Under the pieces are notes generated by a model. The model saw only the letters and a program-made list of their open reading frames with translations, did not search any database and had not been told where the DNA came from. From NCBI GenBank assembly GCA_016125275.1, contig WGMB01000002.1, positions 253,231 through 317,230 of the forward strand: a stretch of DNA of 64,000 nucleotides, given 5' to 3'. The position numbers were made by a program, and so were the translations under genes. Shown here piece by piece: positions 33,349 to 43,145 of the stretch; the first letter of the stretch is position 1; every line of letters starts with the position of its first letter. This stretch comes from Acidobacteriota bacterium (GTDB lineage: Bacteria > Acidobacteriota > Terriglobia > Bryobacterales > UBA6623).

Positions 33349-35042
33349 GGAGGCTTGCGGCGCTCTTCCTGCTGCTGGCGCTGCCGGCGGCCGCGCAGTG
33401 GACGGTGAGCGGGCCGACGGGCACGGGCGGCGGCGGAGGCGGCGGGGCTTCGACGCTCGACGAGCTGACCGACGTGAACACGAGCGGGGCTGTCGATGGC
33501 TCGCTGCTGACGCTGAGCGGCTCGGACTGGGTTCGGGCGGCGAACCTGCTGCTGTCCGGCACGCAGTGGCAGGTGGGCGACGGGACCGATGGCTCGATCA
33601 AGCTCGGGGATTCGGAGGTCGTCATTCGCCGGCGATCCGGCGGCGGGCTGGAGGCGATCGACCCGCGGCCGACGATCGGCGCGACCATCTTCCGCGTCAC
33701 TTCCGGAGCGGCCGACAGCGGCGGCACGCCGTTGCTGGCGATCAACAACGGGTCGACCGATGTGATCACGCTGCAGAACAGCGGGCTGGTCTACTCGTCG
33801 ACTGGGTTTCGGGTCGGGACCAACTTCAACCTCAGCGGCGCGACCTGGCAGCTCGGCAGCACGGTCGAATCTTGCTGGGCGAACTCGGCGAGCTACACCG
33901 CGACCAAAGACGTCGGGATCATGCGCGGGGGCGTGGGCGTCGCGAAGCTCACGAACTGCGCCGGTGGTTACGGCGGAATCGACCTGGGAAGCATTAAGGT
34001 CAGCGGCTCGGCGCTCGGCTTTACGCACTTGACGGGCTCGATCGCCAACGGCCAGGTGCCGGAGAGCGCTGTGACGCAGCACGCGGACGCCGTCGGCGAT
34101 GCGATAACCACGATTGGTGGCATCTGCACGGTCGGCGGAACCGGAATCTCCTGCCCGACGTTCACGGCGTCCGGCTCCGGGCCGATCGCCATCACGGAGA
34201 TCGCCGCCCCGGGAGCCGGCGGGAGCGCCGGCGTCGCGAACTTCTACATCGACTCGACGACGCACCGGCCTGCGATCCACCTGAATGGAGGCTCCGCCAA
34301 AGACCTGGTCGCTGCGGCCGACGTCCAGACCCTGACGGGCAAGACGATCGACGGGAACTCGAACACGCTGCAGCCGCGGCATGTCGCCAACTGCGCGGCC
34401 GAAACCGGCGGCGTGGTCGGCGAGGCCTGCGTCGACACCGATAACGGCGACACCTACCGCTGCATCCCGTCGAGCGGCGCGTGCGACACGGCCGCGGAGT
34501 GGGTGCTGACGGCGCGGGCTACGCTGTGGCACTCGATCAACTTCTTTAGCCCCGGCGGCGCCGGCTTTGGAACCGCCCAGCCTCAGCTTGTGGGCTGCCA
34601 AGGTAGCGGCACCGTGGTTTCCGGCGGCCAGTACGTGGTCGAGTTCTCTGACTCGGCCTCGGACTACATGTGGTGCAACTTCATCCTGCCGAGCTTCGTG
34701 GACGACACGGTTGCTCCGGTGGTCTTGTTCGCCGTCGGCGGCCCCGTGACCAGCACCGGGCACTTCCAGATGAGCGTCAAGATCGGTTGCTACACGGGGT
34801 CGTCTGACGCTTGGCCGGAGCCGGACTGGGGAAGCGCTCAGCCGGTGACCTGTGACAAGAGCTCAAGCGTCGCGAAGCTCCCGGTCATGTGCGAGGTGAC
34901 GCCTCCCTTGACCGGATCGAACTGGACAGCCGGACAGGCTTGCGCAGTCTTCGTGCAGCGGCTTGGCTCGGACGGCGCTGACGACTTGACTCCGACCGGC
35001 GACGCCTACCTGATGGCGCTCGAGATGGAGGTGCCGCAGTGA
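33345..35042 (+). CDS. Tail-fibre-like protein with N-terminal signal peptide, 565 aa
   Basis: MRRLAALFLLLALPAAAQ. Fibre-type motifs STLDELTDVNTSGAVDGSLLTL and VQTLTGKTIDGNSNTL. ATGA-coupled. Confidence 0.55.
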   Translation: MRRLAALFLLLALPAAAQWTVSGPTGTGGGGGGGASTLDELTDVNTSGAVDGSLLTLSGSDWVRAANLLLSGTQWQVGDGTDGSIKLGDSEVVIRRRSGGGLEAIDPRPTIGATIFRVTSGAADSGGTPLLAINNGSTDVITLQNSGLVYSSTGFRVGTNFNLSGATWQLGSTVESCWANSASYTATKDVGIMRGGVGVAKLTNCAGGYGGIDLGSIKVSGSALGFTHLTGSIANGQVPESAVTQHADAVGDAITTIGGICTVGGTGISCPTFTASGSGPIAITEIAAPGAGGSAGVANFYIDSTTHRPAIHLNGGSAKDLVAAADVQTLTGKTIDGNSNTLQPRHVANCAAETGGVVGEACVDTDNGDTYRCIPSSGACDTAAEWVLTARATLWHSINFFSPGGAGFGTAQPQLVGCQGSGTVVSGGQYVVEFSDSASDYMWCNFILPSFVDDTVAPVVLFAVGGPVTSTGHFQMSVKIGCYTGSSDAWPEPDWGSAQPVTCDKSSSVAKLPVMCEVTPPLTGSNWTAGQACAVFVQRLGSDGADDLTPTGDAYLMALEMEVPQ

Positions 35043-35263
35043 TGGCGCTGAGCCCCGTGCTGCTGTGGTGGCTGCTGTTGGCGCCGCAGGCGACGCTGCA
35101 AGGCATGTCGCTGACCGGCGGCTCGGTGGGCGTGGAGGTCGGCGAGCAGAGCGCGCCGGCGACGTCGACGAGCGTCTGCGACGGGCTGCCTGGCGCGGAC
35201 CCCGTGCAGGTGGGCGACCTGGTGGACTGCTTCGGGGGCGATCGGGCTCTTTTGACGCGATGA
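35039..35263 (+). CDS. Small hydrophobic-N-terminus protein, 74 aa
   Basis: MMALSPVLLWWLLLAPQATLQG. ATGA-coupled on both sides. Confidence 0.4.
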   Translation: MMALSPVLLWWLLLAPQATLQGMSLTGGSVGVEVGEQSAPATSTSVCDGLPGADPVQVGDLVDCFGGDRALLTR

Positions 35264-38200
35264 GGCTCCTGGCCCTAGCACTGCTTGGCGCGTTGCGGCT
35301 GGGAGCGGCCTGCGACGTGGCGTCGTTCGTGATCACGGAGGCGCCCGGGGATACCTGGGTTTCCGCCACGGTCGAGTTCGGCGATGGCCTCAATGCGTCC
35401 ACGGTCGATTTCGTTCGGCTGGCGCGGGCGGTGAGCCCCAGCGTCGACGTCGCGGACATCCCCGGCACGGGCTGGACGACCGGCGGCGCGGCGGTCGGGA
35501 CCAAGCGGTTCGCGGGCGCGCAAGACTTGACCGCGTCGACCACGTACAACTTCGTCCCGCAGCTCTCGGTGGACAACGGGTCGAGCTACGCGCTCGACTA
35601 CGAATCGACCGACTGCCAGGCGGCGCTCTGCCCGTATGGCGAGGGGCCGCAGGCCGATGAAATGGAGGAGATCGACCTCGGCTATTCGTGCGTCGCGAAC
35701 GGCTCCGGCAAGCTGATTCCGCAGTTCACCACGGACAGCAACGGCGGAATGCCGACGCCGGCCGCGCCGACGCACTCGATCAGCCTCAGCGACTTCTCCG
35801 CGGTGACCGGGGAAACCCGCGTCGGGTCGGTGACCGACGGGCTGTGCACCGATTGCGACGCCCTGCTGGCCGACGCCCTCGCGGACGCGTCGGCGGGCGG
35901 TCTGGTCGAGGGGCTCCAGCTCCCGGCCGGGGCGACGTGGCGGCCGGGGAGCTCCGGGGCGGGCATCAACCTTGCGGGGCAGACCAGCGACACCGGCGCC
36001 GTGATCATCCTGGGCAGCGCGCCGGACCCTGACGCCCTGCCGGCGTTGGGCGAGGCGGCCGACCCGAGCCTGGCCGACGTGATGAGCGTGATCGAGTTCT
36101 ACCCGGACGCGGCCTCGCGCTTGACCTCGTTGCTCTACGCCAGCGCGGCGTCGAAGCGCATCCGGATCCAGAACGTTGTGCTGCGAATCCCCGACGTCGA
36201 GGACATCGCCGACGTCGAGTATGAGATCACCAGCGTCAACGACGCCGGCTCGTACGTGCAGCTCTCGGTGGACGGGACGATCCCGGCGGGCGAGCTGGAC
36301 GGCTCGTCGTACTCGACGCTGATCGGCGTCTACGCCGACGGCTTCGAGGGCTGGAGCTTCCGCTACGGCGCGGCGGCCCAGCGGCAGAGCGGCGGGGCGA
36401 TCGCGGGCGTCGCCGTGGCGGAGCCCGCGGGCATCGGCAATTTCACCACGGGCTGGGTAGTGGACTCTGTCTCGAAGCCGTTCGCGTCCGCCACCAAAGC
36501 GAGCGAGCCGGTGCTGACGCTGCCGAGCCCGCACCGCTGGATCGACGGCTACGCGGAGGCCTTGACCGGCTGCTCGTCGGGTACCTGCACGGCGGCTGAC
36601 GGCTCGCACGTCCAGCAGGTGGGGACGGGCTTCCATCCGACGTACCAGATCACGGGTTCGAGCGGCGGAGCTTGCGATGGGTTCTTCGTGGAGGCCGGCG
36701 GATCGCAGGCCTCCGGGACGTTCGTGCTCACCGATGTTCCGGACTGCACCGGCGGCTCGATCAAGCGGGTGGGGACGGCGCTGCTGTCGCACCTGCAGAA
36801 CGTGACGAGCAACCCGCTGGCGCGGTCGTGCATCGTCACGTTCCCAAGCGCGACCGAGGTGAAGCTCTGGCGCTGCCGCGGGGCGGGCTCGACGATCACG
36901 CCGGACTGGTCGGCCGAGAGCGGCACGATCAGCGGCCGCATCAGCTACGGGGCCGAGGACTTCGCGCCGCTGGTCAACTTGACCAACATGCAGCAGGTGA
37001 TCATCGAGCGCTGCATTCTGCGGTCGCCGGGGCCGCCGGTTCGCATCAACAAGCTGATCGCCGGCGGCGGCGCGTCGCAGGTGATCGTCGCCAACAACTA
37101 CATCGACGGGGTCGTCTCGGCGCACCCGATCGACCCGGTGAGCGGGCACCTGGGCGGCCAGTACCGCAACAACTACGGCTTCGACGTGACGACGCTCTAC
37201 GACGGCTCGCAGGCGTCGGACGTGCAGATCGTGGGCAACACGGTGGTCAATTGGATGGGCTTCTTCTGGTTCGCGCCGAACGGGCCGACGCGCGTGAATC
37301 ACCCGGCGGATATCACGATCAGCCGCAACCGCTTCATCGTGCCGCTCGAGCTAGTGGGCGACTCCCCGGTGAACTACGGGATCGTCGACAACGCGCGCCA
37401 GGGGAATGAAGACAAGGACGGCGTGGAGCGGAAGAGGTTCAGCGGCAACAGCGTGCTGGGCTATCCGATCATCGGCGTGAACGCGGCGCACATCCTGGTC
37501 TTCCAGGACCTGCCGCACAGCTCCATCACGACACCGAGGCGGCTCCAGGACATCGGCGTCTACAGCAACATCCTCGAGGGCGGCCAGATCGTCTCCGCCG
37601 GCGCTGTGTCGTATGACGGCTCGATCGCCCCGGACATCCGGGCGCCGCGCAACATCGCGGTCCGGAACAATCTGATCCACGGCAAGGAGACGGTCGGCTA
37701 CCCGAACAACCAGCAGCTGCTGAACCGCGACGCCTGGACGCCCTATTCGGGCGGCAACTCCGTGTTCCGGCGGATCGCGAACATCGACTACAGCTACAAC
37801 ACCCACATCCGCCCCGCGACGGCGCTGCAGCCGGCCAGTGCGGTCTTCATGAACGGCGAGTCGTATGTGTCTCGGATCAACGTCGAGGGCAACATCTGGG
37901 AGCACAGCCCCAACGGGTATGACGCCTTCTGGGTGACGAATCTGGGCGGCGGCAGCGAGGCCAACGGGTGGAACAAGAACTACACCCAGGACGGCGCGCA
38001 ACCTTCGCCGCTGGCGAGCAAGGCCGACAATATCCGGCTGCCGTGCACCACGGACCCCGGCATCACGGACTACGACAGCGACAACAGCGCCGACAGTGAG
38101 AGCGATGCCTCCGCGCTGGGAGCCTACTCCGGCTGGTCCGCGCCGGCCGGCAGCGCGGATGCGCAGTCCTGCAAGGACCGCGAGGAACTGGTGTTCGCGG

Positions 38201-38541
38201 CCGGGACCTGGCAGGCCGCCGGCGACTATGCCGGGCTCGGCGCGGACATCCCGACTCTGCTGACGGAGCACCGCAAGATCAGCGGCGCGCCCGCGATCAC
38301 GCGCTCGAATACGACGGTGAGCGTGGCCTTCACGGCTCCCACGGCGGGCGAGGCGTGCCACATGCGGATGCGGGCGACTAGCGCGGGCAACGGCGGCGCG
38401 TGGACGAGCTGGACCGCGACGACGGGCTCGACGGCGCGGACCGTGCAGGCCACGGGCTTGACGCCGGCGACGAGCTACGACTTTCGGCTGAGCTGCGAGG
38501 GCGGCCAGGCTCCCCTGTTTGGGCAGGTGACGACGCTATGA
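35260..38541 (+). CDS. Large right-handed beta-helix (pectate-lyase-like) + C-terminal FN3 protein with signal peptide, 1093 aa (tailspike/depolymerase-like)
   Basis: MRLLALALLGALRLGAAC. Recurrent turns VIVANNYIDG, IVGNTVVNW, ISRNRFIV, VRNNLIHG, VEGNIWEH. C-terminus ...TVSVAFTAPT...ATGLTPATSYDFRLSC is FN3-like. Confidence 0.55.
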   Translation: MRLLALALLGALRLGAACDVASFVITEAPGDTWVSATVEFGDGLNASTVDFVRLARAVSPSVDVADIPGTGWTTGGAAVGTKRFAGAQDLTASTTYNFVPQLSVDNGSSYALDYESTDCQAALCPYGEGPQADEMEEIDLGYSCVANGSGKLIPQFTTDSNGGMPTPAAPTHSISLSDFSAVTGETRVGSVTDGLCTDCDALLADALADASAGGLVEGLQLPAGATWRPGSSGAGINLAGQTSDTGAVIILGSAPDPDALPALGEAADPSLADVMSVIEFYPDAASRLTSLLYASAASKRIRIQNVVLRIPDVEDIADVEYEITSVNDAGSYVQLSVDGTIPAGELDGSSYSTLIGVYADGFEGWSFRYGAAAQRQSGGAIAGVAVAEPAGIGNFTTGWVVDSVSKPFASATKASEPVLTLPSPHRWIDGYAEALTGCSSGTCTAADGSHVQQVGTGFHPTYQITGSSGGACDGFFVEAGGSQASGTFVLTDVPDCTGGSIKRVGTALLSHLQNVTSNPLARSCIVTFPSATEVKLWRCRGAGSTITPDWSAESGTISGRISYGAEDFAPLVNLTNMQQVIIERCILRSPGPPVRINKLIAGGGASQVIVANNYIDGVVSAHPIDPVSGHLGGQYRNNYGFDVTTLYDGSQASDVQIVGNTVVNWMGFFWFAPNGPTRVNHPADITISRNRFIVPLELVGDSPVNYGIVDNARQGNEDKDGVERKRFSGNSVLGYPIIGVNAAHILVFQDLPHSSITTPRRLQDIGVYSNILEGGQIVSAGAVSYDGSIAPDIRAPRNIAVRNNLIHGKETVGYPNNQQLLNRDAWTPYSGGNSVFRRIANIDYSYNTHIRPATALQPASAVFMNGESYVSRINVEGNIWEHSPNGYDAFWVTNLGGGSEANGWNKNYTQDGAQPSPLASKADNIRLPCTTDPGITDYDSDNSADSESDASALGAYSGWSAPAGSADAQSCKDREELVFAAGTWQAAGDYAGLGADIPTLLTEHRKISGAPAITRSNTTVSVAFTAPTAGEACHMRMRATSAGNGGAWTSWTATTGSTARTVQATGLTPATSYDFRLSCEGGQAPLFGQVTTL

Positions 38542-39122
38542 GCACGGCCGACACGTTCCCGATCGAGATGGAGTTCTCGTCGTCGTTGACGCAGGGCGCC
38601 GGCGTGGCGACGTTCCGGTGCGTGGGCGGCGAGGAGATCTCGCGCATCGTGGAGCCGTTCGCGCGGATCTTCTCGGGCACGGCCGCCCAGCGGCCCAAGG
38701 CCGACGCGATGGCGGTGCTCGAGTTCTACCAGCGCATGGGCGAGGAGTTCTTTTCGTTCGAGGACCCGCTGACCGGCCGTACTTGGTCGGCGGTGTGGGC
38801 GTCGCCGCCCCGGATCGGCTTTGTGGGGTACGAACGCTACGACATCGAGGTGCAGCTCCGCGAGGCCGCCGGCAAGCCGCTGGCGAGCTATCCGACCACG
38901 CCGCTACTCGAGCGGCCGCTCGACCCCGTCGACGTCGGCGACGGCCTGCTGTTCTTTTACTCGGGCTACGGCTACAAGCTCACGGCCACGGGCGTCTCGA
39001 CGGCCGAGCTCGACGGCGCGAGCTCGTCGACGAGCTCGAACTATTCGGTCCCGCTGGGGGCGCATTGCTTGAAGGTGCTGCCGAACTCGGCCAGCGTGAC
39101 GAAGTTGGAGGTGGTGCACTAG
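38538..39122 (+). CDS. Minor/distal tail protein (gpM-position), 194 aa
   Basis: ATGA-coupled. Lies immediately upstream of the L-like and J-like genes. Positional assignment only. Confidence 0.4.
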   Translation: MSTADTFPIEMEFSSSLTQGAGVATFRCVGGEEISRIVEPFARIFSGTAAQRPKADAMAVLEFYQRMGEEFFSFEDPLTGRTWSAVWASPPRIGFVGYERYDIEVQLREAAGKPLASYPTTPLLERPLDPVDVGDGLLFFYSGYGYKLTATGVSTAELDGASSSTSSNYSVPLGAHCLKVLPNSASVTKLEVVH

Positions 39123-39499
39123 TGGCGAAGGTCCTGAATCGCCTGCAGGTCCCGTCGATCGAGGAGCTGGCCGGCGCTGTGATCGACGACTATCTCCAGC
39201 AACGCGGCCCGGTGCTGGACCTGAAAAACCCTGAGCACGTCTCTGCGCTCACGCGCTTGATCGATAGCCGATTGCGGGGCAGCCAGATGGAGCTGCAGGC
39301 GGCCGCCGAGAAGGCTTGTTCCCAGGCGCTCCAACACGTTTGGGCGCTCATGTCGGACCCCGACTATCAAGCCAACCGGCAGCGATCGCGCCGCGAACGC
39401 ATGCGGCGACAGTCAGCGCCGCTAGAGATGGCGGAGAAGTACGGGCTGAACCCCGCAAAGATCCGAGAGGCCGCCTCGGACGCCCGGAGGAAACGCTGA
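39122..39499 (+). CDS. Hypothetical tail-region protein, 125 aa
   Basis: GTG at 39122 overlaps the previous stop. Helical, with a basic C-terminus. Confidence 0.35.
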   Translation: MAKVLNRLQVPSIEELAGAVIDDYLQQRGPVLDLKNPEHVSALTRLIDSRLRGSQMELQAAAEKACSQALQHVWALMSDPDYQANRQRSRRERMRRQSAPLEMAEKYGLNPAKIREAASDARRKR

Positions 39500-40158
39500 T
39501 GGCGCGCACCCTCTCCACCGCGATCGCCGCCGCGGCCGCCTCCGGACGGGCGATGCTCGTGCACGCCCTGTATCTCTCGCTGGGCGGCGTGGACTACTTC
39601 TACGCCGAGCGCGCCATCACCTTCGAGTCGCAGGCCTACCAGGTCGGGCTGCGCTGGTCCGAGGACCTGACGCTGCGCCGCAGCCTGGCGGCCGACACGG
39701 TTCAGGTCGAGGTCGAGAACGTTTCGCTCGGCCTGGCGCAGATCCTGCGTCAGCAGTACGTGATGGGCGACTACGGCGAGCTGCGCCGCCTGTGGCTGGG
39801 CGCGGGCTCGCAGATCGTCTTCGCCGGCCGCGTCGGCGCCGTCGAGGTCGATCGCAACTCGGCGCGCCTGACGCTGCGCAGCCACATCGACCCGCAGGCG
39901 CAGCTCCCCATCCGGACGCCGGGCGCCAAGTGCCCCTGGAGGTTCAAGGGAACGGCCTGCGGCTACGTGGGCGTGGGCGACGAGTGCGACAAGACCACCG
40001 ACGCCTGCATTGCCTACTCCAACATCCACCGCTTCGGCGGGTTCCCCACGCTGACGCGCGAGCTGGCGGAGACCGTCGCGCCGGCGCCCGTGGCGGAGCC
40101 GATCGCGCCCGAGCGGGATTTCTTATCCGACTACTACGGCGAGGAGGCGACCTGGTGA
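39499..40158 (+). CDS. Minor tail protein L-like (Cys-cluster type)
   Basis: CPWRFKGTACGYVGVGDECDKTTDACIAYSNIHRFGGFP parallels the lambda gpL C-terminal Cys motif and the GGFP signature. Confidence 0.65.
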   Translation: MARTLSTAIAAAAASGRAMLVHALYLSLGGVDYFYAERAITFESQAYQVGLRWSEDLTLRRSLAADTVQVEVENVSLGLAQILRQQYVMGDYGELRRLWLGAGSQIVFAGRVGAVEVDRNSARLTLRSHIDPQAQLPIRTPGAKCPWRFKGTACGYVGVGDECDKTTDACIAYSNIHRFGGFPTLTRELAETVAPAPVAEPIAPERDFLSDYYGEEATW

Positions 40159-43145
40159 CCTTACTGCTGCTGCTTCTGGGGTGGATTTCCATGCCGACTA
40201 CGACCGCAACGCTCGAAGACTTGTTCGCCTCCGTCGATCGTCCCCTGGCCTGGGCGTATGGCCGGCACTACGTGGCCGGCAACCTGATTCTGCGCGACGA
40301 CCGCGACGACGGCTCGACCGTGCTGTTCGTCGCCCTGGGCGAGGGGCCGTGGGACGCCGTCGAGGCGCTGTGGGCCAACGGCGCGGAGGTCGCCTCCGAT
40401 CACTACCACTTCCACCCGGGCGTCGACGGCGTCGCGGGCGGCTCCGGCGTGACGGGCGACCAGAAGGCCGACCTGTGGTGGCCGCTCGACGTCTCGCCGG
40501 CGCTGACCTACTCCAAGACGGCCTACGTCGCGGTGAAGATCGACGATCCGGAGTACGCGCCGACCGACGACTTCAGCGTGCTGGGCCGCTACCGCACCCG
40601 CAAAGTGGGCGTGTACAACGCGGCCGGCTCGCAGACCTCGTTCGCCTGGAGCTCCAACCCCGTCTGGCAGATCGCCGACGTGCTGCGGGTGGGCCTGTAC
40701 GAGCTGACCACGCGGTTCAACTGGCAGGCCTTCATCGACGCGGCCGCCTACTGCGACGCCACCGTCACGGTGGACTCGATCGACTACCCGCGCTTCCAGG
40801 CCCACCACGCCTTTCCGCAGGCGACCTCGGCGCAGGACGCGCTCGAGCGGATGCTGGCCGGCTGCCGCGGCTACCTGCTCGAGGAAGACGGCCTGATCAA
40901 GATCGTGATCGACCAGCCGCGCTCGGCAGCGATGACGATCGGCCGCGGCGACATCGCCGACGGCAGCTTCCGCCACTGGATGCGCGACACCTCGGCCGCC
41001 GCGAACCGCCTGCTCGGCAAGTTCCGCGACGTGGAGAACGACTACGCCGAGGCCGAGGAGTACGTGGAGCGGGAGTGGCACCAGGCACTGATCGGGCGGC
41101 CGATCCTCAAGGAGATCGACTTCGGCGCGGCGCCGCAGAATCAGGTGCGCCGGCTGCTCGAGTACTGGGCCAGCAAGTCTCTGGACGACGCCCGCATGGT
41201 CTCGCTCGACGTCGGCATGCAGGCGGCCGCGCTCGAGCCGATGGACCGCGTCGACGTCCAGCTCGACGACGAGGCCCCCTGGCAGGGCCCGAAAGCCTTC
41301 GACGTGATCGAGATCGCCGACCGGACGGACGGCTCGCGCGGCCTGCTCCTGCAGGAGTACGACGCGGCCGCCTTTACCGACGACGGCCGCCCGCACCAGA
41401 CCGTGGAGGGCGGCGTGATCGTCGGCCCGACCACGATCCCCGCTCCGGACGTCGAGAACTTCAGCGCGACGGAGAACCCCTTCGTCACGCCCGACGGTCA
41501 GACGATCAGCCGCATCACCTACAGCTTCGACAAGCCCAGCCCGCTGCGGACCTGGGCGGCGATGGAGGTGTGGGGCCGCCGGCTCGACGACATGGACGCG
41601 CCGATCGAGGAGTACCACTTCCTCGCGAAAGACGACCAAGGACCGGGCATCATCGACTGGGACAAGGAGACCCACGGCGAGAAGCTCGAGCTGCAGGCGC
41701 GCAGCGTCTCGAAGACCGGCCGGCCGAACCCGGGCGGGCCGACCACCACCGTCACGCTCGACCAGCTCCCCAGCGCGCCGGCGCCGGTCTCGGACCTGTG
41801 GTGCCAGCAGGACGCCCAGCGCCTGATCCTGAGCTGGTACGGCGGCGCGGAGACCAACCTGAAGGGCTATGCGATCTACGAGCTCGGCGAGATCGTGCCG
41901 GCCGACGACGCGGCCGTGGCCGAGAAGTATCGGCTGGGCTTCGCGCCGCACGCCGGCGAGGGCGAGCTGCACTGGTGGGAGTTCCTCGAGCGCGACTACC
42001 GCATCATCGCTTCGGACGGGACGGTGGTCGAGCTGGAGGCTGCGGGCGGCATCGCGCTGCGCGTGGACGCGCTGATCGGCCGCAAGATCACGTTCCTCGA
42101 CCCGACCGGCGAGATCGAGCTGACGGCGCTGGACAACGATGAGCGCACGATCACGTTCGCCACGGGCACGGCGCCGACGCAGATCAACATGCCGGTGCGC
42201 ACGCGGCCCAAGTCCGGCGAGCGGCACTTCTACGTGCGGGCGCAGGATTCGCTCGATCAGCTCTCGACGGCCAAGCCCGTGCCGCCGGCGACGCTGGCGT
42301 GCTTTCCGTTCGCGCGGGATGGCTCGAAGGACGTCGGGCCGCCGCGGATGTGGCTGACGGCCTCGAGCTTCCAGGGGACGCAGTGGTCCAGCGGTCCGCT
42401 GGCGGCGCAGACCGGCCATGTGAACGTGTGGGGCGCCGTGCGCTCGGCGGCCGAGGACGAGAGCGACTTCGACCTGGCGCTGAAGCAGAACATCAACGGC
42501 GTGAGCGAGTGGCGGGTAGAGATCGACATCAGCACGACGTCGGCGGGCCCGACCACTGACACGCGCGTGTTCGGCGTGCCGGCGGCCAACGCGCCGGGCA
42601 ACTACTACTACAACCCGCTGGTCGGCCCGCCGGCGGAAAAGTTCTGGATCTTGTTCGAGTTCCTGGGCTCGTTCTACCTGCCGAATGTCTACATCCAGGA
42701 AGTGCGGGTGCAGGCGAAGAACGCCGCCGGCGGATGGTCAAGCCTGACGACCGCGCGGCCGATCTTCATGAGCCCGGGCCAGGAGTACACCGGTGAGATC
42801 GCCGGCATGCGGGCCTCGAGGACAGTGACGCCCGTCTCGAGCGTGATCGACGAGAACCCCGTGCAGAGCGCCGGTACGGTGCAGACGGTCAGCGTGCCGG
42901 CGGCGACCACGACCTACATCGATTTCCCGTCGACGGCTCCCCTCGCCGGCGCGGAGCTGCGCTACCGCCTGGTGCAAGGGGCCACGCCCGGCACGATCAT
43001 CTTCCGCGACGCCAACGGCGGCGTGTGGAGCCGCATGGGCGACCGCAAGGTGCCGGTGGAAGCCGATACGACCACCTGGTGCAAGTTCTACGCAGTCAGC
43101 GCAACGGAGCTCGAGCTATGCCGCATGGACACTTTCTACGCCTAG
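40155..43145 (+). CDS. Host-specificity / central tail fibre protein J-like (start GTG 40155 or ATG 40191)
   Basis: About 990 aa. ...WSSNPVWQIADVLRVGLYELTTRFNWQAFIDAAAYCD... is typical of the gpJ/Phage-tail_3 family. Lies after the L-like gene. Confidence 0.7.
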   Translation: MTLLLLLLGWISMPTTTATLEDLFASVDRPLAWAYGRHYVAGNLILRDDRDDGSTVLFVALGEGPWDAVEALWANGAEVASDHYHFHPGVDGVAGGSGVTGDQKADLWWPLDVSPALTYSKTAYVAVKIDDPEYAPTDDFSVLGRYRTRKVGVYNAAGSQTSFAWSSNPVWQIADVLRVGLYELTTRFNWQAFIDAAAYCDATVTVDSIDYPRFQAHHAFPQATSAQDALERMLAGCRGYLLEEDGLIKIVIDQPRSAAMTIGRGDIADGSFRHWMRDTSAAANRLLGKFRDVENDYAEAEEYVEREWHQALIGRPILKEIDFGAAPQNQVRRLLEYWASKSLDDARMVSLDVGMQAAALEPMDRVDVQLDDEAPWQGPKAFDVIEIADRTDGSRGLLLQEYDAAAFTDDGRPHQTVEGGVIVGPTTIPAPDVENFSATENPFVTPDGQTISRITYSFDKPSPLRTWAAMEVWGRRLDDMDAPIEEYHFLAKDDQGPGIIDWDKETHGEKLELQARSVSKTGRPNPGGPTTTVTLDQLPSAPAPVSDLWCQQDAQRLILSWYGGAETNLKGYAIYELGEIVPADDAAVAEKYRLGFAPHAGEGELHWWEFLERDYRIIASDGTVVELEAAGGIALRVDALIGRKITFLDPTGEIELTALDNDERTITFATGTAPTQINMPVRTRPKSGERHFYVRAQDSLDQLSTAKPVPPATLACFPFARDGSKDVGPPRMWLTASSFQGTQWSSGPLAAQTGHVNVWGAVRSAAEDESDFDLALKQNINGVSEWRVEIDISTTSAGPTTDTRVFGVPAANAPGNYYYNPLVGPPAEKFWILFEFLGSFYLPNVYIQEVRVQAKNAAGGWSSLTTARPIFMSPGQEYTGEIAGMRASRTVTPVSSVIDENPVQSAGTVQTVSVPAATTTYIDFPSTAPLAGAELRYRLVQGATPGTIIFRDANGGVWSRMGDRKVPVEADTTTWCKFYAVSATELELCRMDTFYA

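Noticed and set aside
40155-40193. Seventh signal-like N-terminus (VTLLLLLLGWIS) on the J-like protein if the GTG at 40155 is used.
   Set aside because: An in-frame ATG at 40191 (MPTTTATLEDLF...) is an equally good start and removes the hydrophobic segment. The case is too ambiguous to count.
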